Positions 14,788 through 29,683 are shown, numbered from the stretch's first letter. The stretch is DNA of 64,000 nt from Eledone cirrhosa (GCA_964016885.1 OZ024746.1:88598001-88662000), one strand, 5' to 3'. Notes: generated by a model not told the origin, from the letters alone. Numbers and translations: made by a program.

Positions 14788-14838
14788 AGTCTCAGAAGAT
14801 CCCGTTACGGGGGAAAGCAGCGATTCTTTGCTTAAACT
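14788..14838 (+). ncRNA. Hammerhead-like motif with CAGAAGA core (family A tail)
   Basis: agtct-CAGAAGA-tcccgttacgggg-GAAA-gca(gcgattctt)tgc-TT-aaact. Confidence 0.55.
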
Positions 14839-14966
14839 TTAATCTTTTATTTTAATAAATATTTGCTGTAGGGTTCTTATATATTTGATATATATTTATT
14901 CTTATCAAGCCCTCTATGGATTTTAGTCTTCAAATTTATTATTATTACTATATATATATGTATGTA

Positions 14967-15582
14967 TATTTATAAGTCGTTTGGAAGCCTCGACAATGCA
15001 AATAGGTAAATCTCCGGGTAACAAGGTCCGGTGGTGGAGAGAGAGATATGTAAGTGGGTGTACGTTGAGATGCGTGGTGTGTATAAGATGTGTGAGATGT
15101 GTAGAATGAAGGGAAGAGTAAAAGAATAAAAATAATAATAACAACACAAGAGAGACAGTTACCTTGGGAGAGATTTAATAGTCCCTATATATTTCGGATT
15201 CACATCCATCAACTGGGGTTTTTTTCCGGGGTGGGGGAAAAGGTTGTCTTTCGGACAACTCGGAACGCGTCTTTCGCTGTTTGTTGATTTGAATATCAAT
15301 AGACAACCTTTTCCTCCACCCCGGAAAAAAACCCCAGTTGATGGATGTGAATCCGAAATATATAGGGACTATTAAATCTCTCCCAAGGTAACTGTCTCTC
15401 TTGTGTTGTTATTATTATTTTTATTCTTTTACTCTTCCCTTCATTCTACACATCTCACACATCTTATACACACCACGCATCTCAACGTACACCCACTTAC
15501 ATATCTCTCTCTCCACCACCGGACCTTGTTACCCGGAGATTTAGCCATTTGCATTGTCGAGGCTTCCAAACGACTTATAAAT
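14967..15582. repeat. Near-perfect ~283-bp-arm inverted repeat with a variant HHR in each arm
   Basis: 14967-15250 mirrors 15301-15582 (near-identical ORFs on opposite strands in the track). ccc-CAGTTGA-tggatgtgaatcc-GAAA-tata-TA-ggg at 15332-15367. Confidence 0.85.
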
Positions 15583-15644
15583 ATTTACTTATTGTTCCAC
15601 AATGCTTCAAGCAAACTTCAATACTCTCATATATATATATATAT

Positions 15645-15687
<43 letters not shown>

Positions 15688-16298
15688 GGTGTATGTATGT
15701 GTGTATGTGTGTGTTTGTGAGTGTGTGCATGTGGATGTGTGCATGTGGTTTTGGATGTGTGTGTATCAGTAGCTGGAGTGACGCGAAATGCTGATTATTT
15801 CCTGCAGATGTCTGTGACTATTTTTAATCATGTTTCTATGCTAAGAAAATCAACTTTACAACTGCGTGATTAATGGGGATTAGTGAACGCTTTCGTTTTC
15901 AATACTATTTTTTTGTCTAATCAATGTAACATTTTGGGCTTGTTAATAGTGTTATTTGAAGAGAGAATGAAATATGTTTCGATTAATGAAGAAGAGTGTG
16001 AATAATTCTTAAATATTGAAGTGAGCGCAATTTTATCATGACTTTATATATATGATTTCCTATTCGATTTACAAGGTTTTGGCATTCCACTTCCCCCAGC
16101 AATACACTATACAATGGAATGTCTTGTACACAGCTATCTTTATTAGGCCGGACATTCCTTTAACAATAACATCCACGCTAATATTTCATAACTCACTGTA
16201 GGTCAATAGTACAAACTTGGTATCTTTTAATTCAACTCTATACAACGTGCATTCTTGCACTGTACATGAACATTATTTTCAATTATTTTCCTGAAATA

Positions 16299-16690
16299 AT
16301 TATTTCTAATTTTGACAAAAGGCCAGCAATTATCCCAGTGCATTATTGGAACTTTACGTTATCGACCCCGTAAGGATAAAAGGCAAAGTTAAACTCGACG
16401 GGATATGAACTTAGAACATAAAAGGCCATTATTCCTATGCTGCAAAGAAGGGTGTCTGGCACTCTAACGATACTGCTAAACCACCATTATTTCCTCAAAG
16501 AGCGATGGATTGGCAGTTTCGGTAGAGGGTCGGACGACATGCTTTGCAGAAAAGAGTTACGGCTCTTTATGGTATGAGTTAAAATCCCGCCGAGGTTTAA
16601 CTTTGCCTTTCATCCTGACAGGGTCGATAAAATAAAGTACCAGTGGTACACTGGGATAATTGCTGACCTTGTGCCAAACAGAAGAAAATT
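16299..16690. mobile_element. Two SINEs head-to-head (16299-16484 minus; 16503-16690 plus)
   Basis: Both carry the Meta-type core in opposite orientations. Confidence 0.85.
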
Positions 16691-17608
16691 ATTTTCCTTA
16701 AATAATACGGCATTTTTGGCACAAATTATGCTTTGTCTTTCTTCATAAATCAAAGCATTGACTTTAATGTAATGTTGTTTGAGAAGGTAAAATATATATA
16801 TATATATAATAAAGATGTCACGAAACCAGCATATTAAACAATGCCAGGACAGGTGGTATTTCAGTTTACCCGATATGTAAGGTAGAATACATTCCCAGAG
16901 TATATTCATAGTTATCCGCTTCAATACAACACACATAAACGGGTGCCTAATCAATAACCAATCGATCGACAAAATTCATCTCCAGTCCACGCCGGCTATG
17001 ACTGTATGTGACGGCCCACACAGTAAAGTGATTAGCAACTGGAATTTAATACCACTCTGTCCCCCGATCGGCCACCGATTTACAAATTTACGTGGTGGCG
17101 GGAGATTAGAAAACAAATCTTTTATTTCCCATCAAAACCTCAGCCAACCTGTCTCAAACACAAATTAATAAGATAGTGAAAAGTTGGTTATTAGAAAAAG
17201 CAGTCGTCCCACGTCGTTGTATAGTAGAATGGAAGCATTCGACTCCAGTCTCCAAGTCCCATGGTGATAGGATGGCGATAGTAACAATGGTAGTACCTAG
17301 AACCTTTATCGGACATTAAATGCCAGCATCGATGTGCGTTGTGGCTGTTTTTGTTTATGAGTATTACTAGATTCTTTTATTCACAACATTCGGTCAGATA
17401 GCGTAGTTTACAGTTACTGTCTAGCAAATATACTACATAACTGGTTTTAAAACTGTCTTAAACAAACGAAATGTATAACTTTCCTTCTGTATGTTGCAGT
17501 ATAGGTTTTAATGACTGAAATAATGTTATATTGTTCGTATGAATAATACCATACGAGGGCAGTCTATTTCTTACAATGTTTAAATTTACTATATATCAAT
17601 ATAATATA

Positions 17609-17733
<125 letters not shown>

Positions 17734-18179
17734 TTCCTTTCTTGTTAAACTACGTGTTCTCGATTATTACCGTATCTTGTTTCTACAGACAATCTTCTAA
17801 ATAATGGTTAAACTATAAGCAATTTTTCTTTTATTAGAGCAACAGCGACAATATATAATTTAAGAGATATGTGGAACTAAGTAGCTGCAATAACTTAAGA
17901 TGAACGATTATTAAACGAACTAACATATGGTGTTATGCTACAGATTTGTTATTTTACTATTTTACTATAGCCGGATAACATATCTAGATTATTGTGATTC
18001 TCTGAAGATTGACATCTTTTGTAACTCGACTAATTAAAATGGTATCCAAATAGGTTTTACTCAATTTCACATTATACTACGTAAAAAAGGAAATTATTGA
18101 AAAATGTAGTACCTAATGAAAAATAAGATGATCAATTCTGTAACGAAGCTCACGATAGATCTCTTCAATGAGATGTGTC

Positions 18180-18575
18180 AGGTATAAACAACATCTAACA
18201 CTCCTCTTTTACGCTTTTACCTCTTCTAGCCATCCGGCTGAGGCTATGCTGGGACACCGCCCTTGTTGCTACACATTCTATCTCCAGATGTGTTGGCTGG
18301 CCATTGGTGCAAGAGGGAGTCTGTTGCTGCTGCCCTTAGTTTAACTTCGTCCTATGATGTGGGCTTATCCGGGATGATGGATAGCAGGGTATTGAGATTT
18401 TTCTTCAAAACATCCACCTCCACAACATGGAGATATCTCAAATACCTCGGCAGCTTGTTAAAGAACTGAGGGCCTGTGAAGCCAAAGCTATTGCAATGCC
18501 TGCTCCTTATTCTAGATGTAGAAGACACCACACAGTGACATCCTCTTCGCTGGTCCATGTATAATCTCCCCAAAA
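18180..18575 (-). mobile_element. CR1/L2-group LINE 3' fragment
   Basis: HCNSFGFTGPQFFNKLPRYLR..VDVLKKNLNTLLSIIPDKP..AATDSLLHQ resembles the C-terminus of CR1-group ORF2. Confidence 0.7.
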
Positions 18576-19102
18576 TTGCATGTATTTACATATTCTAGGA
18601 TTGATAAGAATAGAGACCATGTTCCTAGAATGTGTACAATGTGTCGTACTTTAAACGATGTTGATGATGAAATAAAACATATTATTTGTATACCAACGAT
18701 ATTTTGTTAAACATTTATATTACAGCATTATATCATACGATAGTTTGACATCGGCAAAATTAAACGAAATCTTCATATTATTTCAGTTGACGATATATTT
18801 ATGCTTTTCAATTTTATGTATACATTTGCATTGATCTTTATATTTATGTTATATATATAACCTTTCAAACTATGATAATATGAATGGTCCTCGATTGAAT
18901 ACAGCCATCAGCACAATATCAAAGTCTAAGAAAGTTATTCACCCTTCAACGTTTTGGCACACATATTCACACATATACTCTCACGAAAATAATGAGACAA
19001 ACATTCTGGTTATCTCCCTTTCATACGTAGTCACACAAACACAGTAAAACATACACACACACACACACATACACACACACACGCATATACATACCCCCCC
19101 CC

Positions 19103-19147
<45 letters not shown>

Positions 19148-19149
<2 letters not shown>

Positions 19150-19490
19150 TTCGTTTCTGAATTTGTTTAGCAAGAATCTTTATCTGAAAACGTGTGTTGA
19201 AATCGATATTGTTATAATTTGGGAGGGTCATGTTGAAATAAGAAACACACGCACCAGCTGCTTTCACTTCAATTTATTATAATAAATTTATAAATTTAGG
19301 AATTTATAAATTTCCGGTTGGTAGGTTCCACAACCAGATGATTGTTTATATATTGTCAAAGTTCTTTTGTCACATATTATTTGACCTCTTCAGTGACTGG
19401 TGATTCTTTTCTTTGTTTTTGTGCATCTCCTATGTTCTGCCCTACGTCATCTTGTTATTGTGTGTGTGTTGTGTGCTTAGTTTGCGCAAA
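19148..19490 (-). mobile_element. PLE family B tail with degenerate HHR (19355-19397)
   Basis: Reverse complement of 8830-9180; CTGAAGA present, GAAA mutated to AAAA. Confidence 0.8.
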
Positions 19491-19879
19491 CTAAGCCCAT
19501 GTTCGTCTCCAAATGGTCGTCTCCAATATGTTCGTCTCCAATTACTGAAATATGCACAAAAACTTCACTACATAACCTGACATTCATGCACACACAAACA
19601 TCACACTAAACATAGTTACATTCACGTACACAATGCATATATCTTACACAGTTCTCTAGACATTTCACAACACCTTTTCATTTCATTTAACTTAAATCAG
19701 CTTTCCTCACAAATCAAATCCGATCAATCGTTTAAGTCTCTCATAGTGGTGCTCCCTTGATAGTCGGTTTTTAATCCCGAAGATATAGGGATTTTTAACT
19801 TTTCTAAGCAAGGTTTCATAGTTAGCTTGGCAATTTAAATTTTCTGTGATTTGGACACTGACCAAGAAAGCGACTTTGG

Positions 19880-20229
19880 TGGTGGATGGGTGCTACACGA
19901 GAATGGTGGCTCTGAACATTAATCAGTATACACTGAGGACGAAGAACTCAGAGCTGTATGGGAGCCTCCCAAAAGTCAGCTCATGAGTAGCTCAGAGGAG
20001 ACTGTGGTTAGCTGGACATGTTCACCGACATCCAGAGATGACACTGCACTCAGTGCTCCTGTGGCATCCCCTGCATGGACACAGTGGAAGAGGAAGACCG
20101 AGGATAAATATGTGAAAACCTAAGGACAGTCACTGCTCTCTTCGAGACGCAGGATATGGCATCGATAATGAGGGACAGAGACTGCTGGAGAGAGCTTGTC
20201 CACGGATCTCGGGATTTTTACCCGCCCTA

Positions 20230-20231
<2 letters not shown>
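19880..20231 (+). mobile_element. RTE/RTEX-like LINE 3' fragment (second copy)
   Basis: Homologous to 5838-6192; ends TTTTACCCGCCCTAGA-(TA)n. Confidence 0.85.
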
Positions 20232-20301
<70 letters not shown>

Positions 20302-22403
20302 TTGTGTAAGTGTGCTTGTGAGTTTCGGTTGCGGGGTTTTAAAAATATTTTGCAACAATATGTTGTTCGATTTGTAACATTTGTTGACGTGTTGCTTTGA
20401 ACTGACTGTAATCGATAAATTAGAAACCATGTTAAATACATGATCGATGTACTCCATTAACTTGGCCACAGTTCATTGAAAATTGGCGTTTAAAATAATT
20501 GAATTTTATAAAATAAATGTGTGGGTTCGAACATTCTAAATATGCGTGTGATTTTAATTTCATTAACACATCAACTTTCTATATTATAGACACTATGACT
20601 GTGATAAGGGAAATGTAACCATGTGTGAACTAAAATTCAATATCTGTTACAACACATTTGCATTTTCTTTCTACCACATTAGAAGACGGAACTATGTCCC
20701 AATTCATAGTAATAATTCCCAACGTATTTACAGCATTATTCTCATATTAGAAATCTTTAGTTTACGATGGAAAATCTTGATAGTGTGACAAAAAGATTTT
20801 CCCATTAATACTACCTGCTTACTTGAAGTAGAGTGTTTCTAACAGGAAATTAAAACTGCATCCTGCTCTAGATTTATTTGCCAAGGGCCAAATCTTGCTC
20901 TCATCGACTGTTCGATAAATTCTTTGGTTTCTTTCTCACGCAACACATTTATTGGGAAAGTGGAATGTTTGAAGTATTTGACAATTTTCCATTCATTATT
21001 AGAGACGTAAATGATAATAAATGGTTTGAAATTGGAAGGTATCGATTTTCCGATACCTTAGTTCGTAGATACACTCTTCTTCAACATTTCTGTATATCAT
21101 AATTTTTTTCCCGCTGGCCTGGGGCCATAACAAATCAATAAAATAAGCTCCTGCACTTCTGAGCGTCAAAACCTAAATCAACCTGATGCAGATTTATTGA
21201 AGGGAGATGACAAATGAACGGAAGTAGATATGGTTCGGCCCTCCTCCAACGTGCTGCTGAAAAGCAATTCGTTTAATATAGCCATTGTCTGAAGGCAATA
21301 TATAATAGGTTTATATATATAGGTCACTGAAAGGCAAATTCCACTAAACAATGTCAACAGTATTCGACGCAGTATTTATTTGATGTTTGACTTTAACTTT
21401 AGACCTAGAAGCATTGTCATCTCATTCTTAATTTATTGATTTGGAATAATGTCCATAAGGTATGATGTAGTGCCCAGTGACTGTTAAATATATCATAATA
21501 TTGTTCACGTTGGTGTGAGCATATGTATTTCGAATGTTAGATAGTTAAACTAATTATTAATTTTATGTGAATCAGGTAGTTGAAAACATTATAAAAAGTA
21601 AAGTGGCTACGGTGTCGACATGCAGAACGCCTGCAATTATTTCAAAATGGTGGGTTTCAGCATCAGTGCTAATGACTGTTGTTCTAGTAGCTTCATAAAC
21701 TTTGCTAAGAGCACCAAATCATCTTTTGTGATTAAATAAGCTTTTTGAAATGCTAATCATCTTCCATTTGGGTACAGATTGAAACGTTATATCGATGTAT
21801 TTGAGGATAATGATGGCCTTTCTGCTGTGACTTTTGATTCATACACTCAGTCCTCGCAGCGCTAGTACGTGAGCTGTTGTGGAGCGTTTTCCTCCATATT
21901 GATTTGGGCTATGTGTCTCATCTAATTCGCGTTGGACCTTAATCAGTATCATCGTGTTTACTGACTTGGCGAAAATAGTCGATAGGCTAACCGTTCGATA
22001 ATGACCGTTTTAACCCAGTTCCTCAGATTTGGGGAGGACAAGCATGTCAACTTGGTAACATTGCTTGTGTTTCAGGCTATCATTGAGAAGATTGCTAGGG
22101 AATTTGTGAATTGTGTCATCAAGTTTACATAATTTCAGACTCTCAGCAGGAATGTTGTTAGTACCAGATTGATTCCATCTCATCATCCACGTTCTGTTTG
22201 GCAACGTCTCCATGCGCAATCCTCTATGTCATGTTTTCTATGTTCTCTATGTCCCCATCATTTTCTGTAATACGCACATTCCCCAATAAATGTGAGCGTG
22301 GGTATACTAAATGTTTATTCTATGCTCTCTCGTATGTCCTATAACTTTCCTTGTTTGGCCTGTTTAGGATCAGGGTTTGTGTTGATGAATTTACATCTCT
22401 CTT

Positions 22404-22594
<191 letters not shown>

Positions 22595-23030
22595 GTATTT
22601 ACACTTTGCGCAGCATTTTCGATCTTTGAGATTCATTTCATCGAGCCCCTCTTGTTGAAATATCTGTGCATATGATTTATGTTGTTTTTCTGGGTTGTAA
22701 AGAAATGCCAAAACACTTCATTAGCATTCGATTGATTATACAAAGTTTAAATCAGGTCACGGCGTGCCATGCTTAGTTCTAAGGCATTGGTAATTAATAT
22801 AACCATTTGACCTTTCTTAATTGGTAAGAAATGTTCTGCAAATTATGAATTTGCCTTTACAATGCATGTGTATTCATCAGTATTGTGGGAACAATGGATA
22901 TAGAAATATAATATATAAAATTTACAATACAATTTCATTTTTTTCTAAATCTATATGTGCAGACAAACAACGAATATATAGATAATTGAAAGTTCTATTT
23001 AAAATAGAAAGATATATATGCACACACATA

Positions 23031-23072
<42 letters not shown>

Positions 23073-23076
<4 letters not shown>

Positions 23077-23998
23077 GAATCCTCTGTTCGATCATGGAAT
23101 ACGACGAGCGTGCCTGTTACGTAAGTTGGATAACTGATATCGGATTCATAGAAACACTTTAAACGTATATCGTTTTATTTGTCGAGGTGTATCTTTTTAA
23201 CATATTAGTTCTTTCCATACTTTGGTATTGTGTGGTTGTGTTTTGCCTACCGCAATGTTCAATTTGTTCAAGCTATTTAAACGTATATTATTACCCTAAA
23301 GACCTACCCTTATTGAGTGCTTTGGTAACTCATTCCTATTGTAGGTCGACTTTGCTTGCCCACAGCCAAAGCTTCGGTTTTACTAAGCTTCTACTTGTAT
23401 TATTTTCTCCGAGATTTAATAATTAACTAATTAATTTAATTAGATATTTCTGTTGATTGGTTAATTATTTGTGTTTGTTTAATAACACCTGCCTGCTTTA
23501 ATTCGGAATGTTAGCGGAAATTATTATATTTCCCTTAATTAACACTTTGAATCTACCCACCAAAAACCGGGGGTTGCTTCCCTTGTTGGAAATAAGACGT
23601 GACAAATAAGTGTTCGCTGGCTGCCTTCTTTTCTGCCGCATATAGCTTGTCCACTCCGATTTATAGCAGAACGGATCCCTGTTGATGAAATGACTCCTCT
23701 GTTCGGTCATGGAATACCACGAGCGTGCCTATTACGTAAGTTGAATTCGAATTCACAGAAACACTTTAAACGTATATCGTTTGGTTTCTCCAGGTATATC
23801 GTTTTAACCTGTTAGTTCTTTCGTTATTTTGATATTGTGTGGTAGGGTTTTGCCTACCACAATGTTCAATTTTGTCTAGCTATTTAAAAGTATGTTATTA
23901 CAGTTAGGACCTACTCTTATTGAGTGCTTTGCTAACTCATTCCCATTGTAGGTCGACTTTGCTTGCTCACAGCCAAAGCTTTGGTTTTACTAAGCTTC

Positions 23999-24000
<2 letters not shown>
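23073..24000 (+). repeat. Partial direct repeat (pLTR-like), 23073-23390 and 23689-24000, between (TA)n tracts
   Basis: AATGA.TCCTCTGTTCG.TCATGGAATAC..TTTTACTAAGCTTC duplicated; arrangement resembles tandem PLE tails. Confidence 0.65.
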
Positions 24001-24054
<54 letters not shown>

Positions 24055-24056
<2 letters not shown>

Positions 24057-24200
24057 CAATATTACTTAAACAGAAAATGTATGTTTGTCTGTCTGTCTGT
24101 ACAATCACTAAAACTCGAGAACCACCCAATCGATTGTTTTCAAACTTTACACATGTAATACTTATGGCCCTATTGAATGTTCTGAGCAATTAGGCGATTT
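24055..24200 (+). mobile_element. Non-autonomous Helitron-like 5' segment
   Basis: ACTCGAGAA..GAT..TTTTCAAACTTTACA block shared with 61675-61715; (GTCT)n subterminal microsatellite. Confidence 0.45.
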
Positions 24201-24409
24201 AACCATCTCTTTCTCTCTCTCTTAATTTTTCTCTTTTTAGATAGATATATAGACTACGTTGCGCCCTTATAATATCTATCTGTATGTCTGGCTGTCTGCA
24301 TTCCGCCATTATGACGCGGTGTGTGTGTGTGTGTGTATGTATGTATGTGTATGTGTGTGTGTTTGTACGGTATGTGTGTGTGTATGTATATATATATATA
24401 GAGTGTGTA

Positions 24410-25260
<851 letters not shown>

Positions 25261-25699
25261 CTCATATATATGTCCATTTGCAAATATATATCCATTTGCA
25301 AGTTACTACTCCTCCATTACCCCTAGCTTACTTAATAAGGCACTTATCTACGCGTCTAAACAAACAGACCTATCTCATGAAGAAATGAATATAATTGTAA
25401 CAGCATGTAAAACCCTAATAGAATGAAATATATATATCTATATATATAAAATTGATGTTGTATGTGTGTGTGGGTGTTCTGATTTTTGCAAAGTCTAAAC
25501 AAATTCACATTTCTACTTCGATTGACTTTAAACTGGCATTTATATATTCCTTGCGGTCTAAAGATATTAACTGCAGCTTTTATTTTTCAATTTTCTGTTG
25601 TTAAATGGGTGTTAGGCGCCTGTTATCCAACTCCGTCGCGCTTTTATAATATATGTCTGTATGCCTGGCTGTGTGCATTACAACATTCTGACGAACATT

Positions 25700-26012
25700 G
25701 ATGACGTATTCTGTTCGCTATTATCCGGTCATTGCCAGGGAACATCTTCACGAACCAAAGCATCAACTACCTGTTTTCCTTCGGTTGCAACGTTTAATAT
25801 GTTATTTTAATATAGATATTCTTGTACATACACAAAAACAAAATATAAACAAACAAGGCCGTCGATTACATAATAACATGCACCACTGACAGATATTTTT
25901 GCATACACAAAAACAAAATATAAACAAACAAGGCCTACGTTTAGTCTTAGTGTAATTCATACTGCATTTAGGGAGAACATCCCGCTAAGGGTGAAAGCAG
26001 CGATTCTTTGCT
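25700..26012 (+). mobile_element. Fragmented family A PLE tail
   Basis: CATTGCCAGGGAAC.TCTTCACGAACCAAAG and CCCGCTAAGGGTGAAAGCAGCGATTCTTTGCT. Confidence 0.65.
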
Positions 26013-26630
26013 GAGAAATGTTTCTCAATCTTGAAGAATTGGAATCACAACTAAATACACACTCGCACAAGCGCACACATGCACACGCGCGCAGACAGAC
26101 ACACGCAATGACATACACACAAGCCCACACACAGACAATTCCTCAAACATACACATCCCAGAACACCAACATACCGCATGAATACAAAATGAACTCTTTA
26201 TTTAAATCAATAGCATTTCCCAGTAAATCAATTGTAGCCAGACCTGTTGAATCCCTCTTCCACCTTCACAACAGTAATTTTAAAAAAGAACATGTATATA
26301 AGATGAATATTTGACAAAAAATACACACATGTTGCAACAGTGCACTGTATGTGTTAATACTTGATAATATTGAATTAGAATTCGGAAACATTATTTGACA
26401 AAACTTAAAGAAATATATCTGTATTAACGAAAATGTTGTTTATATATACTGTGTGCTATTGATCGTTCTTACGCATGTGAAAGTGTGTGTGTGTATGCGT
26501 GCGTGCATGCGTGTGTGCATGTGTGTCTGTGGTAAAATATGTGTTAGGTAATCAGCGACAATACTCTATGCAAAATAGATGCCTCAACGATATGTTTATG
26601 TAGGTCTGTGCATTGCGGAGTATAACTGAA

Positions 26631-26817
26631 ATAATTGTTTCTACATTTGGCACAATGCCAGCAAATACCCAGTTCATTACTGGTACTTTATTTTATCGAC
26701 CCCGTAAGGATGAAAGGCAAGGTTAACCTTGGCGGGATTTGAACTCAGACCGTAAAGGGACGTAACTATCCTGGAAAACATCGCGTCCGACTCTCTACCG
26801 ATACTGCCAATCCACCG
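26631..26817 (-). mobile_element. SINE (main family) with target-site duplication TATAACTGAAATAAT
   Basis: Full-length copy; TATAACTGAAATAAT flanks both ends. Confidence 0.9.
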
Positions 26818-27414
26818 TATAACTGAAATAATGAAGTACAAATAAACAGGTTAGAATTTACTTCATTTATTCATTATACAATCGTTGTTATATATGTTTC
26901 GATGGTAACTTTCATGCAACAGTTATGACCTCACCAGGCAGTTAAGATTTCAACAGAAGAAAATATTGAGAAGAAATTAAAATTACTCCTGTTGTTTCAA
27001 TTTATTGATATGTCCCGACCTGATCTAGGTATAATTGTTTTAAATTCTGCTAAAGAAAATCAAAGATTTTATACATCAAGCAGTTTCAATTTAAAGTTGA
27101 TAACATATTATTGAAAATGCCATTTAAGCAATGTATATTCTTCTCTCCTGTACATCATTATTGAGAGATGCCATTGCTTCAAAATTGTAACTACTATATA
27201 AATAGTAAATATTATCTTTGTATGCAATTTCTCTTCTTAACCAAAGAATCTGAATTATATAGTCATATAAGGTATGGGACAAAACCCAATAAATAAACAT
27301 AAAAAAACCTTCATAAAAGAACCTTCATAACACCCACGTGTCACTATATCAAAATGATTTACAAGTTATTTTCACTTTAGAACTGAGTTATATGGAGATA
27401 TTACTCGTAATAAA

Positions 27415-27554
27415 TAATTGTTTCTACTTTTGGCACACGGCCAAGGATGAAAGGCAAAGTTAATCTCGGCGGGATTTGAAATCAGAATGGCAAGGGCCGT
27501 AACTATGCGTCAAAGCATGGTTTCCAACCCACTACCGATACTGCCAATCCACCG
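27415..27554 (-). mobile_element. SINE, internally deleted
   Basis: Head and tail present; part of the core is missing. Confidence 0.85.
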
Positions 27555-28954
27555 CTCCTCGTAAAAAATAATAATAAAATAATTTATACATTGTGGAAAA
27601 TCGATTAATATACATCAGGCTCTTCTGGCGAAAGAAAAAACGTCTTTTTTTCGTTAAGGCGTAGATTTTTAATAATCCAATCTTTCAATTATATGGGAAA
27701 AATGTTAATCAATTTCATGTTTTCTTTCTCACCACGAGATACAACAATGCAAATCAATTTTGAATTGATAAAATACAATCGCATATGTTTTCCATTGGAG
27801 TTATTAATATTGCGTTGTCATCTTGAAAGCAGCCTTTAATAAAACAAAATAAGAGTCTCTGAGACCTCAATCTCATATTTAGCAAAGGTCGATCACATAT
27901 GACGAAAAAAATATTAATTTAATGTGAAACATATATGATAACAATCCCATTCAGCAGAGCTTGTTGAATGAGAGAAGTGGGGTTATATTGACGAGCTCAG
28001 CATGATCCTAATTGTGTGTATCTGTGAAAAAAACGCTTCATATGTTATAACATTTTCTTCGAAACCTTTTTATGTTCATTTAATATCTTCGCATGATATT
28101 ATTGTATTAAATTAGAATTATACATATATTCCAAACGTATATAATTGAATAAGTTATAAAAGAATAACAGCTAACTCTGTCATGTCCTAAAGCTTGATTT
28201 AAGGAAATCTCTTTTCCCGCCCATCATATATGTTAATGTATGAAATATAAACATAGACATCGGTGCATTGTGCTGATACTGAAATGAGTATGTCCCACAA
28301 AATAGCCATATACAAGCACTCTGTAGTCTCATTCAAAATGAGTTATTAGCATAAAATTCAAGACTAAAATCCCTTAGTTTGACTTGCTAATCATTCTATG
28401 AATATCTACGGTATCTGTGTTCGTAGATATATGGGCTGAACCATATCAGAAACTAAGCGGGTGATCGAATACACAACATACAGTTGAATGTAGTTGATTA
28501 AATATACCCTACCTTCAAGAACCCTGCGTAAACATGATTCCTGCCTAATGATCTAAGTCGGAATATATAAAATTCTAGATGGGACCCAACAATAGTGCCA
28601 ACTTTTCTCATATTCCATTAATCTATATTATTTTATGACTAATATTCCACGTTTATGAATATGTTATGAGTCACCCCATAATAATCCACTGCCATGTGTC
28701 TACCATATACACATGTGCTTGGTAAATATTTCAACATTTATTTATAAGATTAATCTTACGATATTTCTACTTAACGTTATGCTTTAGGACGAGACTTTGG
28801 TTATATACTTCAAAGATACTCAGATTTTCTCGCAAAACATCAGCCCCGCCACGAAATCCTATTGGCTTTATTAGCTTAACTTAAAATAATAAGTGATTGT
28901 AGATTCAATATCATAAAAGTATATATACAAATCTATTATTATAATATATATATT

Positions 28955-29137
28955 AATGTATGTATAGTATATTTGGCAATATACTGTATGTTTAATTAAA
29001 AACATTTAGAAGACAATTCGCCATGCGAGATTAAGTAAGTGACATAGACACTACTTTAAAACTCAAGGTGAATAGTCTTCAAAATGTTTTTTATTAAGCA
29101 TACAGCAGTATATTGCTAAATATACTATACATACATT
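28955..29137. repeat. Imperfect palindrome (~70-bp arms)
   Basis: AATGTATGTATAGTATATTTGGCAATATACTG..GAAGACAATTCGCC mirrored by GGTGAATAGTCTTC..CAGTATATTGCTAAATATACTATACATACATT. Confidence 0.8.
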
Positions 29138-29280
29138 CATGTATACATCGGTAATTCAGACCACCAATACTAATACATATTATATATATATATTAGGGTA
29201 AACATTGATGCAATTCAATTCAAGCACTCAACGTACTTTTTCCACATAGGAGTTTCGGAGTAAATATTGAATAAGTAAAC

Positions 29281-29674
29281 GCGAAGTAGTTTCAGATGTT
29301 CAAGTCCTTTAATAATAATGCTGTGATATATATTTGAATGACGACACTGGCCACACTGTTCTGTGTGCGAGTGTCGTGACATCATCAGACAGCTTGTTAC
29401 ATAATAAGGTTGTTTCCGAGGCAATCCAAATTGAATCGACATGGGAACGGATGAAGTTCGTGCTTTTGGGTTTTTCATCCGTTCCCCAAAAGCACGAACT
29501 TCATCCGTTCCCATGTCGATTCAATTTGGATTGCCTCGGAAACAACCTTATTATGTAACAAGCTGTCTGATGATGTCACGACACTAGCACACAGAACAGT
29601 GTGGCCAGTGTCGTCATTGAAATATATATCACAGCATTATTATTAAAGGACTTGAACATCTGAAACTACTTCGC
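29281..29674. repeat. Near-perfect 190-bp-arm palindrome carrying an HHR in each arm
   Basis: 29281-29470 mirrors 29485-29674 with a 14-nt spacer. Confidence 0.92.
29562..29635 (+). ncRNA. Type I hammerhead ribozyme with extended stem II
   Basis: gctgt-CTGATGA-tgtcacgacactagcacacagaacagtgtggccagtgtcgtcatt-GAAA-tatata-TC-acagc. Confidence 0.85.
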
Positions 29675-29683
29675 TATATATAT

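Larger units (their letters stand above)
13003..14855 (+). mobile_element. Internally deleted Naiad-type PLE (family A): RT core, EN end and 3' tail
   Basis: DFSMGASDSAEFTDLIVLFLL..GGLYRDDG..VNYLEVTLNL..YPYRKPNDTHNYISMHSNH. 13643-14855 is homologous to 30665-31835; interrupted by SINE pieces. Confidence 0.85.

Noticed and set aside
20600-22200. Possible ancient retroelement ORF remnants (also 59000-60200)
   Set aside because: No diagnostic motif could be read by eye; needs TBLASTX or HMM search.
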